A stretch of DNA of 64,000 nucleotides from Gammaproteobacteria bacterium (GTDB lineage: Bacteria; Pseudomonadota; Gammaproteobacteria; G965209235). Under the pieces are notes generated by a model that was not told the DNA's origin, did not search any database, and worked only from the letters and a program-made list of their open reading frames with translations. A program made the translations under genes and the position numbers. Shown here piece by piece: positions 1-9,057 of the stretch; within the stretch, counting starts at the first letter, position 1; each line of letters begins with the position of its first letter. The stretch spans positions 490,403-554,402 of the forward strand of contig OZ242382.1 of NCBI GenBank assembly GCA_965209235.1, read 5' to 3'.

Positions 1-246
1 CCCCAGCGGCAAGGCATGCAGAAAGTCGATCGACATGATCCGCTGTTTACGGACGCCACACTGGCGGTCGTTTCCAAAAAGGATCTGCGCAGCGCATTGA
101 TCGACCCCAGCAAACTGGATACCGTGTTGAAGAAATTGGAAAAAGCCATGAATACCAAAGCGGAAAGCTTGGAATTTGAGAGCGCAGCAGCGCTACGCGA
201 CGCAGCCGATAACTTACGGGAGAGATCGCTCACAAGCGGCCAGTAA
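1..246 (+). CDS. uvrB: Excinuclease ABC subunit B, C-terminal fragment (5' end outside window)
   Basis: The ORF runs in frame from the window edge. The C-terminal UVR-domain-like motif (LEFESAAALRDAADNLRE) matches the UvrB C-terminus. Confidence 0.65.
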   Translation, partial: PQRQGMQKVDRHDPLFTDATLAVVSKKDLRSALIDPSKLDTVLKKLEKAMNTKAESLEFESAAALRDAADNLRERSLTSGQ

Positions 247-251
247 CCTTC

Positions 252-3200
252 ATGCATGTTGCTCTTTATGATTGGCCCGTAAGCCAGAGGATCCCCGGCT
301 CTTCACTTCACTATCTTCTGGCGGTGTCTGGTGAACAGAAGATGCTGGATGCTCGACATGACATGATCGTGAAGTTGCTAAAGGCGACTCGAATCGATGA
401 TGTCAATGTCGCGATGCTCGTCGGCCCGCGGGCCGCCATGCCCAGCGCGTGGTCGTCGCGCGCACAGTCCATTTTCTCCGCTTGCGGAGTCCCCGCAGAT
501 ACCGTAGAGCAGTTTCTCTTCACTGAGCAAGGCGCTCATGATCCTATTCCCTTTGACCCGATGCTTCAGTACGTCATTGGCACCAATGATCAGGTGCGCC
601 CGCTCATCGAAAGTTGGTTTTCGATCGCGCGATCCCCCGCACCACGCCGATCGACAGAGAAGGCACTCCCGATCGCAACGCTTCTTGAACGTGAAGGTGT
701 TGCTCGCGATGACCCCGATGCCGCCGCGCTCATGGCAATCGCCCAAGCTGCCAAGCGAGACCTCACCACAGCAGAAGTCAAGCAATTTCTGCAAATGAAC
801 TCAGAGCACTGCCGCCATCACATCTTCCGTGCCTCGTGGGCGCATCACGAGAAGTCGCTATTTGACCGCGTGCGCACCACTTCATCATCGTCAGGATCCA
901 CGTCTCCCTCTGAGCGCTATCCCGATATTTGGTCCGCGTACAACGACAACGCAGCGGTCGTGAAGCTCGACCGCGACCCCACCTTTTTCACCACGAAAGA
1001 GCTCGACACAGGCGAACGCGTGATCACCCAGGAAGTCAGCCGCGGCGGCTATGTATGCAAAGCAGAAACCCATAACCATCCCACTGCCGTGTCTCCCAAC
1101 CCAGGAGCCGCTACCGGCAGCGGCGGCGAACTGAGGGACGAAGCTGCCACCGGTCTTGGAGCATCGCAACTGTGCGGCATGACGGCCTACGTCACCAGCC
1201 ACTTACGACTGCCTCACGCCACGCCCCATCCGTGGGAGACCACTCCAGCATTCATCGTGCCCGGTCTCGCCACCCCGGGCCAAATCATGCGCGATGCTCC
1301 CATCGGTGCAGCTGACTACAACAACGAGTTTGGTCGTCCGGGCATCAGCGGCATCTTTCGCACCTATGAACACAGCGGCGAGCAAGAGCGAGGCTTCATC
1401 AAGCCCATCATGCTCGCCGGCGGCGCTGGCATCATTCGCGCCAACCACGTCCGCAAACACACGGATTGGGTTGGTGCACTGGTCGTGGTCTTAGGCGGCC
1501 CCTCACTGCGGGTGGGAATCGGTGGCGCACGGGCGTCGTCGTCTGAACGCGGCACCGAAGGATCCGATCGCGACTATGCCTCGGTCCAGCGTGCCAACGC
1601 TGAAATGCAGCGCCGTTGCCAAGAAGTCATTGACGCGTGTAGTTCTCAAGGCGAGCATTCCCCCATCCTGTCCATTCACGATGTCGGTGCCGGCGGACTG
1701 GGGAATGCAGTCGCAGAACTCTTGCATGACGGGAACGTCGGCGCGACGATTCAGCTCGACAACGTCCCCTGCGGGCAGCGCGACTTATCTCCCATTGAGG
1801 TCTGGACCTGCGAAGCGCAAGAGCGGTACGTGATGGCGGTGAACGCTGATGCCGCTGACATGATTCGTGGTGTTGCCGCGCGGGAACGATGCCCGCTTGC
1901 CATCTTGGGCGTGGCCGATCAGTCGCAGCGCCTGACCGTGCTTGTCTCAGGGCTGACCCAGCCCCTCATTGACTTGCCGCTCGACCAACTTGTCTCCGGA
2001 CACCGCCGCGATCTCACGGCCGCATCACTTCCCACCTTTACCCCATCGATCAGGCCGTTCGATAACGCGGTTGCTGCACCGTCGCGGCTTGATGATGCCC
2101 TGAAGACCGTTTTGATGTTCCCTGCGGTGGGATGCAAAAGTTTTCTGGTCACAATCGCTGACCGAACTGTGACGGGACAAGTGTCCCGCGATCAGTGTGT
2201 CGGCCCTTGGCAAGTACCAGTCGCCGACTGCGGGGTGGCACGCACCGACATGAAGGGTTACGGCGGCGTCGCCATGGCCTGCGGCGAACGCATTCCTGTG
2301 GCGGCAATTGACCCGGCAGCAGCATCGCATTTAGCGCTCGCCGAGATGATGACCAATCTCCTCTCTGCGGCTCCACAACGCCAGCACATCCGTTGTTCAG
2401 CCAACTGGATGGCGGATGCGTCACATCCCGATGAATTGACGGCACTTGATACTGCCGTGACAGCATTGACAGACATGGCGCGCGCCCAGCAAATTGCGAT
2501 CCCTGTCGGCAAGGATTCGCTGTCGATGAAAACAACAGCCGCCGACCAAGATGGCGCCCAAACGACCGTTCGCTCGCCGGTGTCCGTCGTTCTGACCGGG
2601 TTCGCTCAGGTTGACGATGTGCGCACTGTGATTACGCCGGTACTAGAGCGTTGCAAAGATGCTCCTTTATTTCTGATTGAACCTGCGGGGGTCTCACAAG
2701 GACTGGCAGGGAGCGCGCTTGATCAAGTGCTGACATCTGACAAGCCCGTTCCGCCGAGCGCGGACTTCACCCGCGTCCCTGACATCGGGTCCTTTGATGC
2801 CATCACTGACTTCTATGACGCCGTTCGTGACTTGCACAGCCGTGGAGCGATCGTCAGCATGCACGACCGGTCTGATGGCGGGCTGGCGGCGACGCTGTGT
2901 GAGATGGCTTTTGCAGGACGCTGTGGGTTGCACATCGAACTTCCACCTGCGATTGCCGCCGATCCGATGACCGCTCTGTTCCATGAAGCACCGGGTGTCG
3001 TCGTGCAAATCGCGCCGGGACGCGAACCCGATTTGATGGAACTCGTCGCTGACCTCACGTCCGTCAATATTCACCAGATTGGACGGCCCAATGATGCGGA
3101 TCGCATCACGGTGTCGTCGGGCGGCGCGATTGTGATTGATCAGCCACGCGTGGCTTTAGAGCGCGCATGGCGCACAACGTCGACGAACCTGCAGTCTTTA

Positions 3201-4169
3201 CGGGATGGCGGAGGATCCAGCACATCAGATGAGGATTATTGGGTGTCAAACACCACCGCACCGATGGTCTCTCAACCACACCGCGCGGCCATGCCCGGAA
3301 AACGAACATCCACACCTCCGGTGGTCGGCATCTTGCGCGATCAAGGCACGAATGGACACCGCGAAATGTCCATGGCGTTCCTCGCCGTGGGGGCGCAAGT
3401 GCGCGATATCCATGTCAGCGAATTGATGCGCAATCCTCATGCGCTCGACGGGTTGAAAGCCCTCGTCTTGCCGGGTGGATTTTCCTTCGGTGACACGCTG
3501 GGGGCAGGACGCGGCACGGCGCTCTCCATCCTGAATCACCCCACAGCGCGGGACCAATTGACGGGGTTTCTGGCGCAACCGAACAGTCTTTTACTCGGCA
3601 TCTGCAACGGATGTCAGATCCTATCAAACCTGACATCACTGTTCCCGAAGCAGATCTCGTGGCCGTCTTTCCTTCCCAACGCATCGCGGCAATATGAGGC
3701 GAGGCTCGTTCAGGTTTCGCTGGCCCAAGGTGGCGGTTGGCTCAAAGGTGTGGGCGGGATGACGTTGTCTGTCCCTTCATCCCATGGTGAAGGCCGTGCT
3801 TTTGTGCTGCCGGAATTCGATTCCTCGTCAACAGCCGCGACTTACCGCAGCCCAGATGGCACGCTGGCGCATGCTTCATCCAGCTACCCCTACAACCCCA
3901 ACGGAAGCATAGATGGCATTGCGGGCGTGCAAGCCCTTGACGGACGTGTGTTAGCGCTCATGCCACATCCCGAACGTGCCGTCTTCACGACACAGCTCTC
4001 ACACGCACCCAGAGAATGGCGCGAATCTGACCCCACGATCAGAGGTCAAGACACGTGGGACCGACAAATAGCGTTTCAGTCGGCGCACACTTGGCACCCC
4101 AACCGGTCGGGCACTTGGCGAGACCACACGCCATGGCTCGCCCTGTTCGAAGCCGTGTGGCGCGACTAG
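252..4169 (+). CDS. purL: Phosphoribosylformylglycinamidine synthase, large single-chain form
   Basis: 1305 aa and collinear with E. coli PurL. It has HNHPTAVSPNPGAATGSGGELRDEAATG, a C-terminal glutamine amidotransferase domain (LGICNGCQ) and MPHPER. The start may be a few codons downstream. Confidence 0.95.
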   Translation: MHVALYDWPVSQRIPGSSLHYLLAVSGEQKMLDARHDMIVKLLKATRIDDVNVAMLVGPRAAMPSAWSSRAQSIFSACGVPADTVEQFLFTEQGAHDPIPFDPMLQYVIGTNDQVRPLIESWFSIARSPAPRRSTEKALPIATLLEREGVARDDPDAAALMAIAQAAKRDLTTAEVKQFLQMNSEHCRHHIFRASWAHHEKSLFDRVRTTSSSSGSTSPSERYPDIWSAYNDNAAVVKLDRDPTFFTTKELDTGERVITQEVSRGGYVCKAETHNHPTAVSPNPGAATGSGGELRDEAATGLGASQLCGMTAYVTSHLRLPHATPHPWETTPAFIVPGLATPGQIMRDAPIGAADYNNEFGRPGISGIFRTYEHSGEQERGFIKPIMLAGGAGIIRANHVRKHTDWVGALVVVLGGPSLRVGIGGARASSSERGTEGSDRDYASVQRANAEMQRRCQEVIDACSSQGEHSPILSIHDVGAGGLGNAVAELLHDGNVGATIQLDNVPCGQRDLSPIEVWTCEAQERYVMAVNADAADMIRGVAARERCPLAILGVADQSQRLTVLVSGLTQPLIDLPLDQLVSGHRRDLTAASLPTFTPSIRPFDNAVAAPSRLDDALKTVLMFPAVGCKSFLVTIADRTVTGQVSRDQCVGPWQVPVADCGVARTDMKGYGGVAMACGERIPVAAIDPAAASHLALAEMMTNLLSAAPQRQHIRCSANWMADASHPDELTALDTAVTALTDMARAQQIAIPVGKDSLSMKTTAADQDGAQTTVRSPVSVVLTGFAQVDDVRTVITPVLERCKDAPLFLIEPAGVSQGLAGSALDQVLTSDKPVPPSADFTRVPDIGSFDAITDFYDAVRDLHSRGAIVSMHDRSDGGLAATLCEMAFAGRCGLHIELPPAIAADPMTALFHEAPGVVVQIAPGREPDLMELVADLTSVNIHQIGRPNDADRITVSSGGAIVIDQPRVALERAWRTTSTNLQSLRDGGGSSTSDEDYWVSNTTAPMVSQPHRAAMPGKRTSTPPVVGILRDQGTNGHREMSMAFLAVGAQVRDIHVSELMRNPHALDGLKALVLPGGFSFGDTLGAGRGTALSILNHPTARDQLTGFLAQPNSLLLGICNGCQILSNLTSLFPKQISWPSFLPNASRQYEARLVQVSLAQGGGWLKGVGGMTLSVPSSHGEGRAFVLPEFDSSSTAATYRSPDGTLAHASSSYPYNPNGSIDGIAGVQALDGRVLALMPHPERAVFTTQLSHAPREWRESDPTIRGQDTWDRQIAFQSAHTWHPNRSGTWRDHTPWLALFEAVWRD

Positions 4170-4179
4170 CCGCCTCGGG

Positions 4180-4683
4180 CTAGCGGGCCGCTGGCGTCTC
4201 AGTCATTGGGACTGGGCCTAGTATTTGCACGACTTGCGCGAAGAACGCAGCGAGTTGGTCATCCGTGAGTGATCGCGCCCGAGCGAGTTGACGCCCTTTG
4301 GTGATGAACAGCAGTCGCCCGTCAGGATCCAACACCGCAATCGAGGGAATCCCGTTAGATGCGGCATTCTCGTACTCAGCAGCGAAATCCATGTTGTTAT
4401 CCCACCGGCCGATATCGACTTTGTGGTACACGAAGTTCTGTTTCATCACGCCGCTGAGCGGTTGCGTCGTCAAGCTATCCGCAAGCTTGCGGCAGTCTGG
4501 GCACCAATCGGCACCGAAAATGAGCAACGCGCGCACGCCCTTCTGTCGGGCGTCTTGCAACAACACGTCACGCGCTTCACGCGCGTCCACGGCTGGATCA
4601 TAGATCGGGGTTGATTGAAGTTCGTTGGCGGTTGCAGCAGCACTGAGGCATGCCAAAATCACGCCGAAAGCGGTTCCCCGCAT
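4180..4683 (-). CDS. Secreted thioredoxin-fold protein (CxxC motif WCPDC)
   Basis: It has an N-terminal signal peptide and the thioredoxin active-site-like ADWCPDC; it is 167 aa. Confidence 0.7.
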   Translation of the reverse strand: MRGTAFGVILACLSAAATANELQSTPIYDPAVDAREARDVLLQDARQKGVRALLIFGADWCPDCRKLADSLTTQPLSGVMKQNFVYHKVDIGRWDNNMDFAAEYENAASNGIPSIAVLDPDGRLLFITKGRQLARARSLTDDQLAAFFAQVVQILGPVPMTETPAAR

Positions 4684-4711
4684 GGCACAAGATCGTTCTT
4701 GACGGACGGCA

Positions 4712-5269
4712 TTATGTACTAGCCGTGGTTTTGGTGCTCCGTTTCCACACTAGATCAGTTTCAAATGCGGGTGCATCACGTCCATGTTCCACCAGTCGCT
4801 CTAGCGACATACGCATGACGGGAAACGCGAGTTCGGACCACGGAATCGAATCGTAATCCACAGCTTTCGTATCCAGAGATTCCGGCCCGGGTGCGTGCAC
4901 ATCGTTTTCAACGTCACCGATGAATATGTGATAAATCTGATTGATCTGAGGAAGCGAGACGGAAGTGAACATCCGTAGCTCCGTCACCTTGGCTTTGGCC
5001 TCTTCCCACGTTTCCCGCGCAGCACCTTCTCTCAAGGTTTCGCCGTTTTCCATAAAGCCTGCAGGCAACGTCCACAGTCCATACCGCGGCTCGATGGCTC
5101 GTTTACAAAGCAAAATGCGGCCGTCTGCAAAAAGTGGCAGCGTGCCGACCACGACCTTGGGATTTTCGTAGTGAATTTCCTCGCAAGAGGTACAGCAAGC
5201 GCGTTTGCGGTCATCTCCCTCAGGCACTCGATAGGTCGCCGGAGCACCGCATGATGGGCAAAAACGCAC
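4712..5269 (-). CDS. NUDIX hydrolase with N-terminal zinc ribbon
   Basis: It carries a CPSCG...CTSC zinc ribbon and a Nudix box (GETLREGAARETWEEA). Confidence 0.75.
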   Translation of the reverse strand: MRFCPSCGAPATYRVPEGDDRKRACCTSCEEIHYENPKVVVGTLPLFADGRILLCKRAIEPRYGLWTLPAGFMENGETLREGAARETWEEAKAKVTELRMFTSVSLPQINQIYHIFIGDVENDVHAPGPESLDTKAVDYDSIPWSELAFPVMRMSLERLVEHGRDAPAFETDLVWKRSTKTTAST

Positions 5270-5317
5270 GCGTCAGCCTAACTGATGAAGAGGGCGCGAT
5301 TGTAGCGCGGCACTTTG

Positions 5318-7861
5318 TCAGCCAGAATCGACATGGAGGTGATGCGCGGGCAATGGCGGCAACTTCAGGCGCCGCAAATTGGCTGCAGTTAAATCCGGCT
5401 CACAGTCTCGTGCGAAACGCTGCAAAATGGGAGCCAGCTTCAAGTCATCAATCACTGAGATTTCCTGCACCGAATAAGGATGGTTCAGCATGGATCGCTG
5501 ACGCTTGGGACTCACGCCAAACGCCAACCCTTGATCCCACATCGTGCGCGCCCTGTCTTGCGCTTCTTTATAGACTTGCTCAGCAGCGGGGTGGCTGGCA
5601 CCATGTACCCCGCCCTTTCGATTGGTGCTGTGATACTTCAACATGCCGTATTCAGTCATCCGCCGCGGCGCCCGGGACATAGCCAAGATGGCACCGAGGC
5701 CAGTCGTTTGCTTAGCGCTCACCACATGGCGTGGCCACTCCGTGCGGATGATATTTCCCCAAATCCACACGTCATCCGCAGACGGAGAAACGCGCGTAAA
5801 GCGATCCTTGTCCGTGAGAATCTTGTCGCGCAAGAACGCTTCTGGCAAGCGAACCCCCGCTCCACCGGCTGGGATCTCCAAAAAACCCCATACACGTGAA
5901 TCTGCCTTTGGCCATGCTTGATCGATGGCACCTCGCGCAGCAGCCCAAGGCCCCAGTTTGACTTGCTTCGCTATTTCATGATTCCCATGAAGCGCAATAT
6001 GTAATCCCCAGCATGAGACGTCAAGGCAAGACGTGACCATCTCGCCCGCGTTGCCATCCAAGCAACGCGGCATCCATCGCTGTTCATACAAGACGTCATC
6101 ATCGGCCAAGAGAACATCCATGCCGTTGAGATCAATATCACGAGCGGTGTAGTACCACTTACGGTGCGGCCCAATCTCTTCAACAAATCGAATCTCGAGT
6201 CCGCGCGCTTTCTGTGCCACGAGTTCCGCTGGAAGCGTGTCATGCTTGACCGACAGCGGCAACCACAGCAAGATCTTTGCCGGCTTGGGGTCGAGATTCA
6301 TCAGCGACTCAACGACGAGCCAGACATTGCGAAGCCGGTTCGGCATAGCGGCCATCGACACCACGTACGGCGCGCTGGACTCGGATGGATCAGGCAATCG
6401 TTCTCCGCGCTGCGCACTCACAACTAGCCGATCCGACAATCTGGCAGCCGCCCCTTCATGCCACGCATTCATGAACAGCATGTTGCTCTGCCACCACCGC
6501 TTCGGGATGGCCGGCAAAACGAAGCGCGCGCTTCGTGCCAACGTCTCACGCCCAAGCATCCCAGCGCGTCGTGCTGCCATCGCGCGTGGGAGCGGCAGAC
6601 TGTCGACTGCATTCATGTGATGCGCGGGGAGCGGCGGCAGATTGAGACTGCGCAAGTTTGCTCCTGTCAACGACGGGTTGGCGTCGCGCGCAAGGCGCTG
6701 CAACATGGGAGCCAGCTTCAAGTCATTGATGACCGAAATTTCCTGAATCTGATAGGGATGATTCAGCATGGATGCCTGGCGTTTGGGGCTCACCCCAAAC
6801 GCCAAACCCTGATCCCACATCTCTTTTGCCCGCACGATCGACGCCTCATACGTTTGAGAGGCTGCATGTTGATCGCGTCGGAATTGCAAGCCGCTGCGAC
6901 TCATGGGTTGGTATCCCGTCGCATCGTACTGTGTGATGCGACGCGGAAACCGTGCCATCGCGAGCATGGCATCGATCCCATGCGTCACTGCACCGCCCAC
7001 AATGTGGCGTGTCCATTCCGTTTGGATGATGTTGCCCCAGAGCCAGACGTCATCAGCAGACGGCGCGACACGCGCAAAGTGATCCTTATCTGTTAACGTC
7101 TTCTCACCCAAGAATGCCGCAGGCAAGCGCGTCCCCGCGCACCCTGTCGGAATTTCTAAAAATCCCCACGGACGGCCATCTCGCTGAGGCCACGCGTTAT
7201 CGATCGCGGTCCGCAGGTCATCCCAAGGACCAACCTTGACTTGCTTCGCCTCTTCGTGATTCCCATGCAGCGCGATATGAAGCCCCCACAAAGAGATGTC
7301 ATAGCACGACGTCACCATCTCACCAGCTTGCGCCTGAAAACAGGGAGACAAAACACGCTGTTCGTACACCATGTCATCATCGACCAAAAGAACATCCATA
7401 CCGTTGAGATCAATATCACGCGCAGTGTAGTACCACTTGCGGTATGGTCCAATCTCTTCGACGAACCGTATCTCAAGACCACGCGCCTGTTGCGCCACGA
7501 GTTCGGGTGGCAGAGCGTCATGTTTCAACGATAACGGCAACCACAACAAAATGCGCGCTGGCTTCGGGTCTAGGTTCATCAACGATTCAATGGTTAGCCA
7601 AACGTTGCGAAGCCGACTTGGCATTGCGGCCATCGATACCACATACGGCGCGTTGGTCTCTGACGGATCTGGCAGGCGCTCGCCGCGCTGCGCGTTCATG
7701 AACAGTCGATCCGCCAATCGCGCAGCATTGCCTTCGTTCCACGCATTGACGCACAGCAAGTTGTTCGTCCACAACGCAGTTGGAACAGCTGGCAAGAGAG
7801 AGCGCGCGCTTCGCGCCGTCATCTCGCGGACAACCCTGCGAACGTGTTGGATGTTCATCAC
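5318..7861 (-). CDS. Putative GT-A-like (DXD/DDD) glycosyltransferase-family protein; in-frame head-to-tail fusion of two ~420-aa paralogous units
   Basis: The two halves are ~80% identical. Each has YVVSMAAMP.RLRNVWL..ESLMNLDPKPA.ILLWLPLS, EIRFVEEIGP.RKWYY and DVLL.DDD. Residues 428-847 begin with an internal Met (MAARRAGM; ATG at 6580 on the minus strand). A 4-bp ATGA overlap joins it to the upstream gene. Confidence 0.6.
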   Translation of the reverse strand: MMNIQHVRRVVREMTARSARSLLPAVPTALWTNNLLCVNAWNEGNAARLADRLFMNAQRGERLPDPSETNAPYVVSMAAMPSRLRNVWLTIESLMNLDPKPARILLWLPLSLKHDALPPELVAQQARGLEIRFVEEIGPYRKWYYTARDIDLNGMDVLLVDDDMVYEQRVLSPCFQAQAGEMVTSCYDISLWGLHIALHGNHEEAKQVKVGPWDDLRTAIDNAWPQRDGRPWGFLEIPTGCAGTRLPAAFLGEKTLTDKDHFARVAPSADDVWLWGNIIQTEWTRHIVGGAVTHGIDAMLAMARFPRRITQYDATGYQPMSRSGLQFRRDQHAASQTYEASIVRAKEMWDQGLAFGVSPKRQASMLNHPYQIQEISVINDLKLAPMLQRLARDANPSLTGANLRSLNLPPLPAHHMNAVDSLPLPRAMAARRAGMLGRETLARSARFVLPAIPKRWWQSNMLFMNAWHEGAAARLSDRLVVSAQRGERLPDPSESSAPYVVSMAAMPNRLRNVWLVVESLMNLDPKPAKILLWLPLSVKHDTLPAELVAQKARGLEIRFVEEIGPHRKWYYTARDIDLNGMDVLLADDDVLYEQRWMPRCLDGNAGEMVTSCLDVSCWGLHIALHGNHEIAKQVKLGPWAAARGAIDQAWPKADSRVWGFLEIPAGGAGVRLPEAFLRDKILTDKDRFTRVSPSADDVWIWGNIIRTEWPRHVVSAKQTTGLGAILAMSRAPRRMTEYGMLKYHSTNRKGGVHGASHPAAEQVYKEAQDRARTMWDQGLAFGVSPKRQRSMLNHPYSVQEISVIDDLKLAPILQRFARDCEPDLTAANLRRLKLPPLPAHHLHVDSG

Positions 7862-9057
7862 GTATGAAGTCGGTTGATAGCGTGTTGGTCCATTATCGTA
7901 GGGTCGCTTTGCGCAAGCTTTCCTAGGATTTCAGTCAATTGGAAGTGTTGAATGACGCGCCACTCAAACAATTGATAGGGGCGGTCAAGAAGATATTCCA
8001 ATCGTTCGTCCGACAGGCGAAGCGCTTGTTGGTCCACGAGATACATCCGCGCGGTGCTTGCCGTCTCTTTGAGATCCACCCCCGCCATGAGCTCTCTGCG
8101 CTCGAATTCTTCGCGTGTCTGCATCCCCATCGGAGCCGCAAAGGCAGCCTTGGCATACTGTGCGATCCGAGGGAGCCACCGCACATGCGCCATGGCATGC
8201 TGGCCAGGGATCTGAGGCTTCGGCAGCGTCACCCGCTCGACACCCAGCGCCGTCAAAGCGCCCCACATCCACACGTCAGCGCCATACGGCGTGGTGCGCA
8301 AAAACGCGTCCCTATCGCAGGTGTGCGGGTCACGCAAAAATGGCATGGGATACCGCGGACACAAGCCACCCACCGGAAGATGTAAAAACGACAACGGCTG
8401 CGTCCCCCACCGTTCCTTCAGAATGGCGCCCAAATTAATGCCGTGCATGCGACCGCCTACCGAAGGCGTCACGTCCATCGCATTTGCTGCAACAGTGAAA
8501 GCGTAGCTGCCATAGTCATGGTAGAAAAAGGCGCACTTCCCAGCTTCGGCGCCAATCATGGGCTGCATGGCTTGCGAGCAGTACAACAAGTCGTCATCAG
8601 CGGTGACGACATCAAGGTCACCCCATTCTTGATCGCGTGTCAAGTAGTACCACTTGCGATGCGGGCCGATCTCTGGCACATACCGGATGATGAGGCCTTG
8701 TTTTGTGCACGCGTCCATCTCCGCTGGGAGACGAATATCTTTGTAGCGTTCGTCCAACCAAAGCACCACCGCTTCGGGACGAGGCGTCAAACGCAGGAGC
8801 GAATGAATCACAAGCGGCAATGCTGCGTATTTTTCTGGCAACGCAGCAATCGATACGAAATACCGATTGCCAGCAGCCGCCGTCTGGGATGTGACATCGG
8901 GCTGACGGCTTTGCCGCTCGTGATGCGCCGCGACGCCTTCTTCGTACACATTGCGCACCATGCGCCATCGCCGCGCGGGGGTGCCGAGCATCGCTTCCAA
9001 CGCCGGACGCATACCTAAGGCCATCAGGGCACGCAACCGGCCCACGGTATCGTTCAT
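7858..9057 (-). CDS. Paralog of the GT-A-like DXD family (single unit, ~35% identical to the 5318..7861 units)
   Basis: The motifs YFVSIAALPEKY...VVLWLDE...IIRYVPEIGPHRKWYY...DVVTADDD are present, and the C-terminal region is conserved. It is translationally coupled to both neighbours by 4-bp overlaps. Confidence 0.6.
   Translation of the reverse strand: MNDTVGRLRALMALGMRPALEAMLGTPARRWRMVRNVYEEGVAAHHERQSRQPDVTSQTAAAGNRYFVSIAALPEKYAALPLVIHSLLRLTPRPEAVVLWLDERYKDIRLPAEMDACTKQGLIIRYVPEIGPHRKWYYLTRDQEWGDLDVVTADDDLLYCSQAMQPMIGAEAGKCAFFYHDYGSYAFTVAANAMDVTPSVGGRMHGINLGAILKERWGTQPLSFLHLPVGGLCPRYPMPFLRDPHTCDRDAFLRTTPYGADVWMWGALTALGVERVTLPKPQIPGQHAMAHVRWLPRIAQYAKAAFAAPMGMQTREEFERRELMAGVDLKETASTARMYLVDQQALRLSDERLEYLLDRPYQLFEWRVIQHFQLTEILGKLAQSDPTIMDQHAINRLHT

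Noticed and set aside
311-4169. Numerous 60-140-aa ORFs on the opposite strand or in alternate frames inside purL (e.g. 378..794-, 2149..2535-), and likewise inside alaS, topA, pstC and others
   Set aside because: They are typical high-GC antisense open frames with no motifs, lying fully inside well-supported long genes.
4166-4183. Hairpin CTAGCC-N6-GGCTAG between convergent purL and thioredoxin-like gene as a bidirectional terminator
   Set aside because: It is only a 6-bp stem overlapping both stop codons with no U-tract, which is too weak to call.
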